Assembly: GCA_030390025.1 (NCBI GenBank) | Contig: CM059432.1 | Coordinates: 54,934,001 to 54,998,000, forward strand | Origin: Squalus acanthias | Lineage: Eukaryota | Reading direction: 5' to 3' | DNA: 64,000 nt | Shown: one piece after another, positions 43,820 to 57,027 of the stretch | How positions within the stretch are numbered: position 1 is the first letter of the stretch | How the letters are laid out: every line of letters starts with the position of its first letter | Program-made: the position numbers and the translations under genes | The notes under the pieces: generated by a model | What the model was told of the DNA's origin: nothing | Seen by the model: the letters and a program-made list of their open reading frames with translations, nothing else | The model's database searches: none

Positions 43820-44581
43820 GGGCCAGAAATTCGGCTGTTGTCGGGTGAGTATGTGCTGTGTACTCACCCGTAAGACCACCTGAAGTGCCGGTTTCCTGCA
43901 TGCACTGCGCATGCGCGGGAAACTGGAACTTCCGTTCCCCTGAAGGGAGGGGTTCAGAAGTTGAACGCGTGCGCGGGAGAGGCTGCGCGCACGCAGCGAA
44001 CTTCAGGTTTTTTTTCAGGTTTCTCCGGGAAGGTAAGTATGAAGAAGCTGCGCTTTTAAAAAGGAGGCGCAAGGCCTGTTTTTAACAAGGTAAGTGGTTA
44101 ATTAATTACAATTTAAACATTTTTCCAACAGGTTTATCTTTTTTAGATACTTTAAAGAAAGGTAAGTTTATTTTTAGCACCATTAAAAAGTATAATTAAT
44201 TTTTTCAAAAATTTAAATTTTTGTTTAAAGTAGTTAATTTATGTAACTTAGTTATTTTAAAAATGTGATTAAAAAAAAAAATGTATTTGAAGTTTAAGTG
44301 TGGTTTTGGGGCCGATCTCTATTCATAGATTTGACAGGTCTTCCTGTCAAATCTATGAATGAAAATGCCCTGTTAGGATTGGCTCTCCATGGCCCACGTG
44401 ATCCCAGGGGACGCTTCGAACTAACTGCGCCCCTGGGATACACAAGCACTGCGCGCCGGCAGCTGGAGGAGGCCCAGGAGCCGAAGTCCTCGTGGGCCCA
44501 AAGCACAACTGCAGGCGCGGTAGGCGAGTACGCGCGCGATGCTTGCACCCGCAGGAAGCCGGAAAGCCGAATTTCTGGCCC
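43820..44581. mobile_element. Harbinger/Tourist-type MITE, family A (TYMS intron 2)
   Basis: Perfect 16-bp TIR gggccagaaattcggc / gccgaatttctggccc, TSD ATT, non-coding, GC-rich arms with an AT-rich core. Confidence 0.9.
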
Positions 44582-45723
44582 ATTGTTTACTAATGAGGAA
44601 AATATCCAAGGTCAAGACAGCTTCTGGACTCACTTGCCCTCCACACCTGCCTCTGAACCTTTCTTCATTGACTCCATCAACTGCGTCAACTTTATCCCAC
44701 CACAAGACCTCTGACTAACTCTGGACTCCCTCCTATTGTCTCCTCTCTATTCCCTGCTTATTATCAGGACCTATCTATCTTAATCTTGCATGTAACCATG
44801 CCTGTGTAGCTCGAGTTCAGTGTCCATTTGTGCGTGCGGTTTGGCTGTCGCTCCAAAACCGAGCCCATCACTTCTATTTCCCCTCTTTACCCCTCATAGG
44901 CTCCTCTATCCTGTCGTCATGCCTCCTTTCGCATCGCCCCTCTCGGGTACTCTGCCCTCACAAATCCTTACCCCAACCCATCGGCACTCCTCAACCTTCC
45001 TACTTCCCTGCCGCCGTCCTCAGCTTGACTCCTCTTTGATAAGTCTACAGATTTCCTCTGTGTCCCTCTTGGAATACTCCCAAGGGCCCATCAAGGCACT
45101 CATTACTGCCTCCTTAGGAGCAGCAACCCCAACGTCCCCATCCTACTCTCTCGCCAACCTTTCTGCCCAGCACGCCTGCTGATTGCTAATCTCACCAACC
45201 TCCTTCCCGTCCCTCTCATGGCTAACCCTGTGGACTCTGCCAGTGGATCGGCTATCACCGTCTCTCTCCACATCTCCCTCCAGAACGTCCATTCACTTGC
45301 GAACAAGGCCCTTGCCATCCATCAGCATATTGTGGTTGATTGCATAAACATCATGACCTTGACAGAGACCTGGCTGAGGGGGTGATGACAACTTCCCCCT
45401 TTAATGAAGCTTCACCACCCCCAACCACATGCCTTGCCTTGCCCAAGCCACCGCAATGGCGGTATAGTCTCATCACCAAATCACACCTTGGTCTACCCAA
45501 GGGACACAGACTTGAACATCTATGGCAGACAACTGGTTTAACCATTTACCGCCAGATCTGGCTAGACCACATAAAGCTTTCCTGTCAAAACTGATCACTA
45601 TTCCAGGATCATCCTGGAATGCAAAGTTAACACCCGGTTCTCTTCTCGACTACAAACCGTTTTCTTAAACCCCTCTCCCCCACCCTTACCAACAACAAGT
45701 GCGAGGAGCTCATGGACTTCATC

Positions 45724-46030
45724 GGCAACACGGTGGCATAGTGGTTAGCACTGTTGCCTCACAGCGCCAGGGACCCGGGTTCGAATCCGGCCAAGGGTGA
45801 CTGTCTGTGTGGAGTTTGCACATTCTCCCCGTGTCTGCGTGGGTTTCCTCCGGGTGCTCCGGTTTCCTCCCACAGTCCAAAGATGTGTGGGTTAGGTTGA
45901 TTTGGCTATGATAAATTGACCCTTAGTGTTAGGGGGATTAAATACGTGGGGTTACGGGGATAGGGTGGGATATGTGTCGGTGCAGGCTCGATGGGCCGAA
46001 ATGGCCTCTATCTGCACTGTGGGGATTCTG
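45724..46030 (+). mobile_element. tRNA-derived V-SINE (HE1-like)
   Basis: Pol III A box TGGCATAGTGG and B box GGTTCGAATCC; V-domain gtgtggagtttgcacattctccccgtgtctgcgtgggtttcctccgggtgctccggtttcctcccaca; CR1-like tail. Confidence 0.88.
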
Positions 46031-47449
46031 TGATCACTGAGGCCACCAGTTCAGCTGCATCTGCCGCTTCCCTCCCTTCCCCGAGCACACCAGGCAAAAT
46101 TTCCCCCCCAAGATACCCCTGCCCTATCCCTGAACGCGCATCTTTCTCTAGGTTTCTCTCCTATCGCCTCTCATGTCCTCTGCAAACATATCCTGTCCAC
46201 GAGACCCACCTCCCGTTCCCTTGACCCTATTCCCATCAGACTACTGACTTCCCTACCTGGCCCCCATGGTAGCTGATGTTAACAGTTCGCGCTCCTCAGG
46301 TACTGTTCCCCCTCCCCCCACCAAAAGCAAATCTACTGTCATCACCCTTCCCCTTAAAAAAAACACCTTGACCCCTCTGCCCTACCGCCCCATCTCCAAC
46401 CTGCATTTCCTCTCCAATGTCCTCGAATGTGTTTTCACCTCCCAAATCTGTGCCCATCTTTTCCAAATGCCATATTTGAATCCCTCCAATCAGGTTTCCG
46501 CCACAGTACTGAAATGGCCCTTAAATAAACGACAAATGTTTTAATGTGACCGTAGTAAACTATCCCTCCTCAACCTGTCTGCAGCCTTCGACACGGCTGA
46601 CCACACCATCGTCCGCCAACACCTTTCCTCCTTTGTCCATTTGGGTGGGACTGCCCTTGCCTGGTTCCATTCTTATCTATGCAGTCATAGCCAGAGAATC
46701 ACTTGCAATGGCTTCGCTTCCTGCTCCCGTAACGTTAGCTCTGGAGTCCCCCAAGGATCTATCCTTAACCCCTCCTATTTCTCATCTACGTGCTACCCCA
46801 CAGCGATATCATCTGAAAACACAATTTCAGGTTCCACATGTACACTGACGACACTCAGCTCTACCTCACCACCTCCTCTCTTGACCCCTCTACTGCCTTG
46901 GATTTGTCACACTGCTTGTCTGACATCTAGTACTGGATGAGCAGAAATTTAGTCGAATTAAATATAGGGAAGACCGAAGCCACTGTCTACAGTCCCCGCC
47001 ACAAACTCCGTTCCCTAGCCACTGACTCCATCCCACTCCCTGGCAACGGTCGAGGCTGAACCAGACTGTTCGCAACCTTGGTGTCGTGTTTGAACCCAGG
47101 ATGAGCTTCCGACCACATAACCGCTTCATCACCAAGACTGCTTACTTCCACCTCAATAACATCGCCCGACTCTGCTCCTGCTGAAACCCTCATCCATGCA
47201 TTTATTACCTCTAGACTTGACTATTCCAATGCTCTCCTGACTGGCCTTCCATCTTCTACCCTAAATAAACTGGAGCTCATTTAAAACTTTGCTGCCCGTA
47301 TCCTAACTCCTAACCAAGTCCTGTTTACCCATCACCCCTGTGCTCGCTGGCCTACATTGGCTCCCGGTCCAGCAACACCTCAACTTTAAAATTCTCATCC
47401 TGGTTTTCAAATCCCTACATGGCCTCACCCATCACTATCACTGTAACCT

Positions 47450-48670
47450 GTGACTAGGTGTGTCGATGAGGGTAGTGCAGTTGATGTAGTCTACATGGAC
47501 TTCAGTAAGGCTTTTGACAAAGTCCCACATGGGAGACTGGTCAAGAAGGTAAGAGCCCATGGGATCCAGGGCAATTTGGCACATTGGATCCAAAATTGGC
47601 TTAGTGGCAGGAGGCAGAGGGTGATGGTCGAAGGTTGTTTTTGTGACTGGAAGCCTGTGTCCAGTGGTGTACCGCAGGGATTGGTGCTGGGTCCTTTGCT
47701 GTTTGTAGTGTACATTAATGATTTAGATATTAATGTAGGAGGTATGATCAGTAAGTTTGCAGATGACACAAAAATTGGTGGAGAGGTAAATAGCGACGAG
47801 GGAAGCCTCAGGCTACAGGACGATATAGAGGGGTTGGTCAGATGGGCAGAACAGTGGCAAATGGAATTTAACCCTGAAAAGTGAGGGGTGATGCATTTTG
47901 GAAGGACTAACAAGGCAAGGGAATACACAATGAATGGTAGGATTCTAGGAAGGACAGAGGATCAGAGGGATCTTGGTGTGCATGTACATAAATCCCTGAA
48001 GGCAGCAGGACAGGTAGATAAGGTGGTTAAAAAGGCATATGGGATACTTGCCTTCATTAGCGGAGACATAGAATATAAGAGCAGGGAGGTTATGATGGAG
48101 CTGTACAAAATGCTAGTTAGGCCACAGCTGGAATACTGTGTGCAGTTCTGGTCGCCACACTATAGGAAGGATGTGATTGCATTGGAGAGGGTGCAGAGGA
48201 GATTCACCAGGTTGTTACCTGGGCTGGAGTGCTTCAGCTAAGGGAGGCTGGACAGGCTGGGGTTGTTTTCCTTAGAGCAGAGAAGGCTGAGGGGGGACCT
48301 GATTGAGGTGTACAAAATTATGAGGGGCATAGATAGGGTACATAGAAACGAACTTTTCCCCTTAGTAAAGGGGTCAATAACCAGGGGGCATAGTTTCAAG
48401 GTAAGGGGCAGGAGGTTTAGAGGGGATTTGAGGAAAAACTTTTTCATCCAGAGGGTGGTTGGAATCTGGAACTCACTGACTGAAAGGGTGGTAGAGGCAG
48501 GAACCCTCAACATTCAAGAAGCATTTAGATGAGCACTTGAAACGCCATAGCATACAAGGCTACGGACCAAGTGCTGGAAAATGGGATTAGAATAGATAGG
48601 GCTTGATGGCCGGCGTGGACACGATGGGCCGAAGGGCCTCTTTCTATGCTGTATAAATCTATGACTATGA
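47450..48670 (+). mobile_element. CR1 LINE 3' fragment nested in L2
   Basis: VDVVYMDFSKAFDKVPH, SGVPQGLVLGP, KFADDTKIG; tail ctatgactatga. Confidence 0.93.
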
Positions 48671-49188
48671 CTGACCTCTTCCTTCTCTACAAACCTTCGA
48701 GATCTCTGCACTCCAATTCTGGCCTCTTGCACATCCCCAAATTTAACCGTTCCACCACTGGCTGCTGTGCCTTCAGCTGCCTAGACCCTAAGCTCTGAAA
48801 CTCCCTCCCTAAACCTCTTCTTTAAGAAGCTCCTTAATAACCTACCTCTTTCACCAAGCTTTGGATCATTTGTCGTGTTATCTCCTTATGTGGCTCGGTG
48901 TCAAATTTTGTTCGATAACGCTAGTGAAGCACCTTGGGACATTTTACTACATTAAAAAGGTGCTATATAAATGTTTTGTTCTATTCATCGCTTGCATATA
49001 ACAAGCATTAGTTTTGTAAAGAATTTGCAGTTACAACTATACAACAATAAATACGATTTAATGCATTCTTTTTCCCCCCCACTCGAGTACATGCAAAGTA
49101 TCCAGGGATACAAACAAATTTCAAAAAACACATTATACAGTTGGTTTGATAAACCTAATTAAAGGAGGTCACAAGATGATGCTACTTA

Positions 49189-49443
<255 letters not shown>

Positions 49444-50752
49444 TCACTGATCACTGGCTGGCTTTAATGTCAATTTAGCCAATTTACTGGTTTGATCGCT
49501 GCAATCTTCTACAAAAAAGAGAAAAGGAAAAACTAACTCTGCACCCAGGGGTGGGTCCCTACCTATGCTATAAGCATTAAGGCCCAGTGAAAATGCACTT
49601 ATTTGAAGAGCAGACTAAGTATTTGAAAGATTCATACCACTAGCAATTCCTAGCAGAAAACATATGATAAAAGGCCAATTTTTCTGACCATTCATACCAG
49701 CATCTGCAGATTTACAAGCAGCACACAAAAAACTAGCAGTCAAATCTAGCAGTTTAAAAAATAGAAGTCTTGGACGATTAAAGAGAGTCAGTCAATAGAG
49801 TAAAGCTTTATTTTTTAATAAGCTGTCTGAAACAGGTGTGGCGATGCTGAAAAAAGCTGCAAAGTTTGCTCAAGATATTTTAATTTAGATTTCCATAAAT
49901 ATCATGGACACACCATTTATAGGAGCAGCTTTATAAAAATGAAACATGAAACCACCCCCCAAAATATAGTCTGTAACTACCCTGAAGGCTTAGTTGGTAA
50001 AGGCACAACAGGTTGTGATAGTGAGCTGCCTAGATCATGAAGATTTGATCCCTAATATCAGTACTGAATCAGCAGATCTCAGCTAGAGCAGCAATTGTGG
50101 TGCTATGCTTAGTCTTAAAGTCCATGAGTAAGGAGAAAAAGAGTCAGTCGAGGTTTTACTCCAAAACCCCTGAACTATTGCTGGAACATGAATGTGTGGC
50201 CAACTACAGTAGTAAGAACAGGATGTGGGTCAGTCAAGTCCCACCACTTGTTGAACAGCCTACCAATGCACCATATAAGCCCAGACATTAAAATACTTGC
50301 ACGAGGTAATGGAGGACCACTGGCTACTGTGGAACCACAGCCCAGTACAACTCAGTGGCTTGAGCAAAGGAATGAAAATTTGGTTTAAAAAAGGCATGTG
50401 AATTTTTTAAAAGTTCCAGACATTCCTACTATCCTACACCACCAAAAATACCAGATCCAACATTTCTAATGTTCTTTATTTTAGTTACTATTGTCACTGA
50501 AATTCACAGATTTTAACATGATATGTTACAATTGGACAAACTACAAATAGTTTTTCCTCATGTCTGGTGTAAAAGCTCCAAATATTTACACAGGTAAACT
50601 CACACTCCATATGAACTGACAAATTATTTTTTGTGTAAAGCAATATGGGAGAGTAAGCTACAGGGTGAACAATTAATCTTTTTACTGATGAGGTACACAT
50701 CGAAAATTACAGATGATCGTTAACTCTGGATCTCTGTAATTGGCAGACCATG

Positions 50753-51300
50753 ACCCTGAATTTGCAGCCAGTGGCGAAACAACGGTGATCACTGCCCATA
50801 AAGATCTCGAAATGTGGCGAAAACTTTAGCTTTCTCATCCTTAATTTGATTGTAGCGCTGTTAAAAGGGGACCCCCAACGTAGAGCAGCAGTGATGTCAT
50901 CAAGCTGTCAAAGCAGCCAATCAAATTGAAGAATTCGCACATTCAGCAAACCAAGAAATAAAAAGCACTGATTATCAATTCACTTTTTAAAAATTTGAGA
51001 ATATGAAATAAAGATTGGGACATACACATTGGGTTAAGGTAGAAGTTAAAATGTCATAAACGTTAAAAAAATTTTTTTTAAATCTAGTAACTTTTATCAT
51101 AATGGAGAAATTTGACATTCCACAAATATAAAGTTACTTTTGCAGGGCCAGAATGGTTGTTCAGCAGTCAATACGCCGTTAAAACTCCAGTTACACCTAT
51201 TCCAGCAAGGCGTAACTTTTTACGGGGTGTTTAACAGCGATATTAGAGCAGAAAAGTTTATGTTTTTGACAGTTTAACCTATTGCCAGAGTTTTTCACTA
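50753..51300. mobile_element. Partial MITE related to family D (TYMS intron 1)
   Basis: Starts gaccctgaatttgc. Segment 51110-51220 resembles the reverse complement of 39990-40100. Confidence 0.55.
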
Positions 51301-51810
51301 TCTATTGCTACCTGGTGAAGCATAGGAGGATAATGGTAACACTGCCCACCCCCGCAATGAGATGTAAAACCGAGGTCCCATCTTCCCACACAGGTAAGTG
51401 TAAAAGATCCCATGACACTATTCGGGGGGTGGGGGGGGCATTTTATTCCTCAAACACCAGCAACAGTTTAATTGGCCATTTTCTCATTGTAGAACTTTGT
51501 TGTGCGCACATTCACCACCCTACATTATAACGACAACTACACTTTAAAAATATTTGTTTGGCTGTGAAGCGATTTGGAAGATCCGGGGGTGGCGAAAGGT
51601 GCTAGCTAAATGCTGCAAATTCTTTCTTTGTTTTCTTTATCCTAGTATAGATTCAAAAATTGGCGCCACATTTCCACTTAACTCTGCATCATCACGAAGT
51701 AGTCGTTCAGCCTAAAATCTGCATTTCTCAATTAAAACTTCCCCAGGCTGGGAAATCAAAGCCCAGGGCGGCATCTTTTCCCCTGGCCTGTCACCACACA
51801 GGTTACTTAC

Positions 51811-51946
51811 CCCTTAGATTATACCTAGCCTGCAACCCAAAAACTGAGACGGTGCCTGTGCCAGTCCGGTCATCTTTCTGGAAACCTGTTTCCAGAATAT
51901 GCCTGATGTGCTGCAAGTACTGGAGCTCATCATTGACTTGCTGCAT
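51811..51946 (-). CDS. TYMS: Thymidylate synthase exon 1 (coding part)
   Basis: Translates [45 protein letters not shown], matching the TS N-terminal ELQYL and DDRTGTGT motifs. Ends at donor G|GTAAGT. The first in-frame ATG is at 51946; the true start is uncertain. Confidence 0.93.
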
Positions 51947-51999
51947 CTCTGTCTCGGCGCGCACCTCCTGCAGCAGACCCTTTGCCGTGAGCGACTCTG

Positions 52000-52260
52000 C
52001 GGAATATTTTTTCCCGCCTTCTGCCTTGTTGCAAAATGAATGAGTCTCGCTTCCATTGGCTATTCCTTTTTGTGATGCGGCGTGCAGTCCAATCCGATCT
52101 AATCCAATCCACTGCCGGGTTGCCTATTGGCTGACGATGGGCTGTTTGTGACGTCCCCTCCCCTCTCTGGCCGCGGGTAATCCGGAACTGAAGGGGAATT
52201 TCCGCGCGCAGTTCTGCTTCGCGCGCCAAAGCGGCTCGCGCTCCAGGTCCAATGCTAATG
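52000..52260 (-). promoter_or_regulatory. TYMS proximal promoter/5'UTR (CpG-rich, TATA-less, G1/S type)
   Basis: E2F-type TTTCCCGC (52010-52017) and TTTGGCGCGCGAA (minus, 52218-52230). CCAAT/ATTGG at 52055, 52089, 52104, 52126 and 52249. CRE-like TGACGTC at 52149 and ETS-like CCGGAA at 52182. Lies immediately upstream of exon 1. Confidence 0.75.
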
Positions 52261-52457
52261 GTGGTGGGAAGTGTGTGCAGTGTTAGTGAAGGACCGCGAC
52301 AGCAGCAGCTTACAACAGGCTGTCAACGCACAGTATGTCAGTCAGTATCTGTGGAGAGAACAGACAGGTTCACTTTCACTGATAAGCTTGTTTATGATGT
52401 TAGAAGCAGCCAGGTATGTGACTGCTAGGTCACAGGTTGAAAACCCCACTGAAACAT

Positions 52458-53185
52458 GGCCCAGAAATTAGGCTCCCTGGCTTCCCGCGGGTGCAAGGAT
52501 CTCGCACGCACCTACCTACCGCGCCTGCCGTTGACCTCTGGGCCCACGGGGCCTGCCCCAACTGCCAGCGCGCAGTGCTTGCGTGTCCCAGGGGCGTAGT
52601 TAGTGCGATGCGTCCCCTGGGATCACGTGGGCCATGGATAGCCAATGGCAGCAGACCATCTTTCATGTCAAATCTATGAATTGAAATCGGCCCCAAAACA
52701 ACACCTAAACTTCAAATAAATGTTTTAAAAAACCATCACATTTTTAAAATAACTATAAGTTAAATAAATTAACTACTTTAAACAAAAATTTAAATTTAAA
52801 AAATAATTAAAATACTTTTTAACAGTGCTAAAAATAAACTTACCTTTCTTTAAAGTATCTAAAAAAGATAAACCTGTTGAAAAAATGTTTAAATTGTAAT
52901 TAATTAACCACTTACCTTGTTGAAAACTGGTCTTGCGCCTCCTTTTTAAAAGCGCAGGTTCTTCAATACTTACCCTCCCGGAGAAACCTGAAAAAAAACC
53001 TAAGTTTGCTGCGTGCGCGCAGCCTCTACCGCGCACGCGGTTCACCTCTGAACCGCTCACTTCACGAGACCGGAAGTTCCGGTTTCCCGTGCATGCGCAG
53101 TGCATGCAGGAAACCGGCACTTCAGGAGGCCTTACGGGTGAGTACACAGCGCGTACTCACCCGGCAAGTGCCGAATTTTTGGCCC
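52458..53185. mobile_element. MITE family A upstream of the TYMS promoter
   Basis: Homologous to 32535-33305; ends ggcccagaaattagg / ccgaatttttggccc. Confidence 0.85.
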
Positions 53186-53514
53186 ATAGTGTTTTAAGCA
53201 TCAACATTTTTACCCCCCCCTCACAGCAATTTCCAGGACTTGCCTCCCGAAGGTACTCCTTTTGGTGTATGAATGTATTTTAGTCATCTAATGGCGATCA
53301 GTTTAAAAGTGAAAAATACACAATTTTTATTATGGTAAATATGCCAGAGATGTCAGTTCCGATGAACTGCTCGGGACAGGCAGGAAGGAGGTGCGCACGT
53401 TAACTCTGTTTCTCTTTCCACAGATGTTGCCTGACCGGCTGAATGTTTCTAACATTTTCTGTTTTATTTCATGATTAGATTTCTGTATTTGTTGATTTAA
53501 TAAGCTTATTTTGG

Positions 53515-53930
53515 ATTGGGCTTAGTGGTAGCACTCTTGCTTTGGAGTCTGGTGGAGCCCCACTCCAGAGCACATAATCTAGGCTGACGCTTCAGTGAAG
53601 TGTTAGGGGGGCTGCACTGCCAAAGGTGCTGTCTTTCAGATGAGATGTTAAACTGAGGCCCTATCTGTCCACTGAGGTGGATGTAAGTGATCCACTATTC
53701 AGAAAAAAGCAGGAGAGTTGTCCTGGTCAACATGTATCCCCCAACCAACATCACTGAAAAACATTATCTGGTCATTTATCTCATTGCTGTTTGTGGGGTC
53801 TTGCTGTGCACTAATTAACTCTTGTGTTTCCCCACATTACAATAGTGACTACACTTCAAAAGTACTTAATTGGCTGTGAAATGCTTTGAAATGTCCTGAG
53901 GTTGTGAAAGGTGTGATATAAATGAAAATT
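53515..53930 (+). mobile_element. Deu-SINE-like (SacSINE1-type) SINE with L2-type tail
   Basis: ggtagcactcttgc...cataatctaggctgac...gtctttcagatgagatgttaaactgaggccc...aggtggatgtaa. Further copies at about 7575-7845, 16350-16915, 40570-40950 and 51330-51625. Confidence 0.7.
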
Positions 53931-54714
53931 GGTTAATTCATTAATAGTGTATTATTTTTGTCACCCTATATTAATTAAATACATTTTCTGCAATGATATG
54001 ACTTTAATTTTGGTCAGAAAGCACTATTTTGGAAGTTAAGATGGGGTTTTTCCACACACAAGTTTGAAAACCACTGGTTTGGAGACTATAATAATAGCCA
54101 TTATTTTCCATCAAGAATTGTACTTCTGCAAGCTCCTACAATCTCCTGATTCGAGACTTTTTGTCCCCACCATTGGTGGCAGAGCCTTTGGCCTTGGTCC
54201 TACTCTTTGGAATTCCGTCCATAGCTTTATCAACCTTTAAATATCTACTTCTCTCTTCCTAATCTCTCTTTAGCTCGGTGTCCATTTCCTACACTAATCT
54301 GTGAAGCACATTGGGACATTTCTTGCATTTCTACAAAAAATTCAAGTTGTCAGTGAAGTAGTGTTGAAAATACATTATCATTTGGACACTTTAACTCTCC
54401 ATCAAAAAGCAAAGAAATGACAGCAAAACACAATGATCTTAGTTGCAGAAAATCTGTATTTGAGGAAATTACGAAAAATAGTACATATTTTGTGACATCC
54501 TCTCCCATTTTCAACTTATCATTTACGAATCATGCATGAGCACAAGATATTTTATGGAATAGACTGCCATCTAATGGAATGAATGCAGAATTGGAGGAAT
54601 TACTTTGTTTATATTTAATGCTATATGGACAGTAACTGTTATAGTGGTCCATAACTCTAAAATTCATCACTCCCATCAAATCTCAATCCATCCATTTTCT
54701 CAAGTTCTAATCAC

Positions 54715-55325
54715 TACACCATTGACCAGAAACTTAACTGGACCAGCCACATAAATACTGTGGCAGCAAGAGCAGGTCAGAGGCTAGGTATTCTGCAGCG
54801 AGTGTCTCACCTCCTGACTCCCCAAAGTCTTTCCACCATCTACAAGGCACAAGTAAGGAGTGTGATGGAATACTCTCCACTTGCCAGATGAGTGCAGCTC
54901 CAACAACACTCAAGAAGCTCAACATTATCCAGGACAAAGCAGCCCGCTTGATTGGCACCTCATCCACCACCTTAAACATTCACTCCCTCCACCACTGGCG
55001 TACTGTGGCTGTAGTGTGTACCATCTACAAGATGCACTGCAGCAGCTCGCCAAGGCTTCTTCGGCAGCACCTCCCAAACCCGCAACCTCTACCATCTAGA
55101 AGGACAAGGGCAGCAGGCGCATGGGAACACCATCACCTCCATGTTCCCCTCCAAGTCACACACCAGCCTGACTTGGAAGTATATCGCCGTTCCTTCATTG
55201 TCGCTGGGTCAAAATCCTGGAACTCCCTCCCTAACAGCACTGTGGAGTACCATCACCACACGGACTGCAGCGGTTCAAGAAGGCAACTCACCACCACCTT
55301 CTCGAGGGCAATTGGGGATGGGCAG
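54715..55325 (+). mobile_element. 3' fragment of a second non-LTR retrotransposon family
   Basis: IYKAQVRSVMEYSPL...KLNIIQDKAARLIG...SLHHWRTVA is a typical LINE ORF2 C-terminus. Homologs on the minus strand at about 15170-15597 and 12010-12440. Confidence 0.8.
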
Positions 55326-56583
55326 TATATAGAGTCATAACGGCACAGAAGGAGGCCATTCGGCCCATCGAGTCTGTGCCAGCTCTCTGTAGAGCAATCC
55401 AGTCAGTCCCATTCCCCCGCTCTATCCCCGTAGCCCTGCAAGTTTATTTCCCTCAAGTCCCTAACCAATCTCCCCTTGAAAACATTGAGTGTCCGCTTCC
55501 ACCACTTCCGTCGGCAGTAAGTTCCAGGTCCTCGCCACTGGCTGCGTGAAATTTTTTTCCTCACATCCCCCCTGTATCTCTTGCCCAAAACCTTAAACCT
55601 AGTCCTTGTACCATCAACTAGTGGGAACAGCTTTTCCCCGTCTAGCCTATCCAAACCCGTCAATCTTGTACACCTCTACCAAATCACCCCTCAACCTCCT
55701 TTGCTCTAATGAAAACAAATCCAGCTTCTCCAACCTGTCCTTGTAGCTAAGATCCCCCATCCCCGGAACCATTCTAGTAAATCTCCTCTGCACCCTCTCA
55801 AGGGCCTTCACATCCTTCCTAAAGTGTGGTGACCAGAACTGGACGCAATACTCCGGTTGTGGCCTAACCAGCGCTTTATAAAGGTTCAGCATAACTTCTC
55901 TACTTTTGTACTCAATAACTCTATTTATGAAACCCAAGATCCCATATGCTTTACTAACCACTCTCTCAATATGTCCTGCCACCTTCAGGGACCTATGCAC
56001 ATTAACTCCCAGGTCCCTCTGTCCCTGCACACTCTTTAAAACTGCCATTAAGTGTATATTGCCTCTCCCTGTTCCTTCTGCCAAAATGCCTCACCTCACA
56101 CTTCTCTGTATTAAATTCCATCTACCCATTCTGCTAGCCTTTCTATGTCCTATTGCAATCGATTGGTATTATCCTCACTGTTTGCCACACCCCCAAGTTT
56201 GGTGTCATCGGCAAATTTAGAAATTCTACTTTGTATTCCAATATCCAGGTCATTCAGTGGCCCCAGCACTGACCCTTGGGGAACACCACTGTCTACCATC
56301 CTCCAGTCTGAAAAACAGCCATTTACTACAACTCGCTGTTTTCTGTCCTTAAGCCAATTCCTTATCCAAGCTGCCACTGACCCACCTATTACATGAGCCT
56401 CAATTTTTTTTAACCAGCCTTCTATAAGGTACTTTGTCAAACGCCTTCCTAAAATCCATGTAGACAACATCCATTGCATTCCCTTCATCGATCCTCCCTG
56501 TTACTTCATCAAAAAATTCAATTAGATTAGTCAAACATGATCTGCCTTTTACAAATCCGTGTTGGCTCTCCTTAATTAGCTTA

Positions 56584-57027
56584 GGGGCAACACGGTGGCA
56601 TAGTGGTTAGCACTGGTGCCTCACAGCGCCAGGGACCCGGGTTCGAATCTGGCCTCGGGTGACTGTCTGTGTGGAGTTTGCACATTCTCCCCGTGTCTGC
56701 GTGGGTTTCCTCCGGGTGCTCCGGTTTCCTCCCACAGTCCAAAAATGTGTGGGTTAGGTTGATTTGGCTATGATAAATTGACCCTTAGTGTTAGGGGGGG
56801 ATTAAATATGTGGGGTTACAGGGATAGGATGGGATATGTTAGGGGGAATTAAATACGTGGGGTTATGGGGATAGGGTGGGATATGTGTCGGTGCAGGCTC
56901 GATGGGGATTCTGTGTGAGAAAGCAGGGACAGGGTACTGGATTGGATGATCAGCCATGATCGTATTGAATGGTGGAGCAGGCTCGAATGGCCTACTCCTG
57001 CTCCTAGTTTCTATGTTTCTATGTTTC
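56584..57027 (+). mobile_element. V-SINE (HE1-like) plus CR1-type 3' tail, inserted in CR1
   Basis: 5' part nearly identical to 45724-46030; internal ~50-bp duplication; ends tttctatgtttctatgtttct. Confidence 0.85.

Larger units (their letters stand above)
44600..48975 (+). mobile_element. Degraded L2-clade LINE, interrupted by a V-SINE and a CR1
   Basis: APE relic LQNVHSLANK...LTETWL (about 45280-45375). RT relics LSAAFDTADH, WFHSYL, SGVPQGSIL and YTDDTQLY. L2-type tail gtgaagcaccttgggacattttactacattaaa...gctatataaatg. Confidence 0.8.

Noticed and set aside
45724..45795. tRNA gene (also 56584-56660)
   Set aside because: A and B boxes run straight into the V-SINE core with no clean acceptor stem or terminator; this is a SINE head.
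51660..52043. 127-aa + strand ORF as a TYMSOS-like antisense protein
   Set aside because: Antisense shadow of TYMS exon 1, starts at TTG, no recognisable domain.
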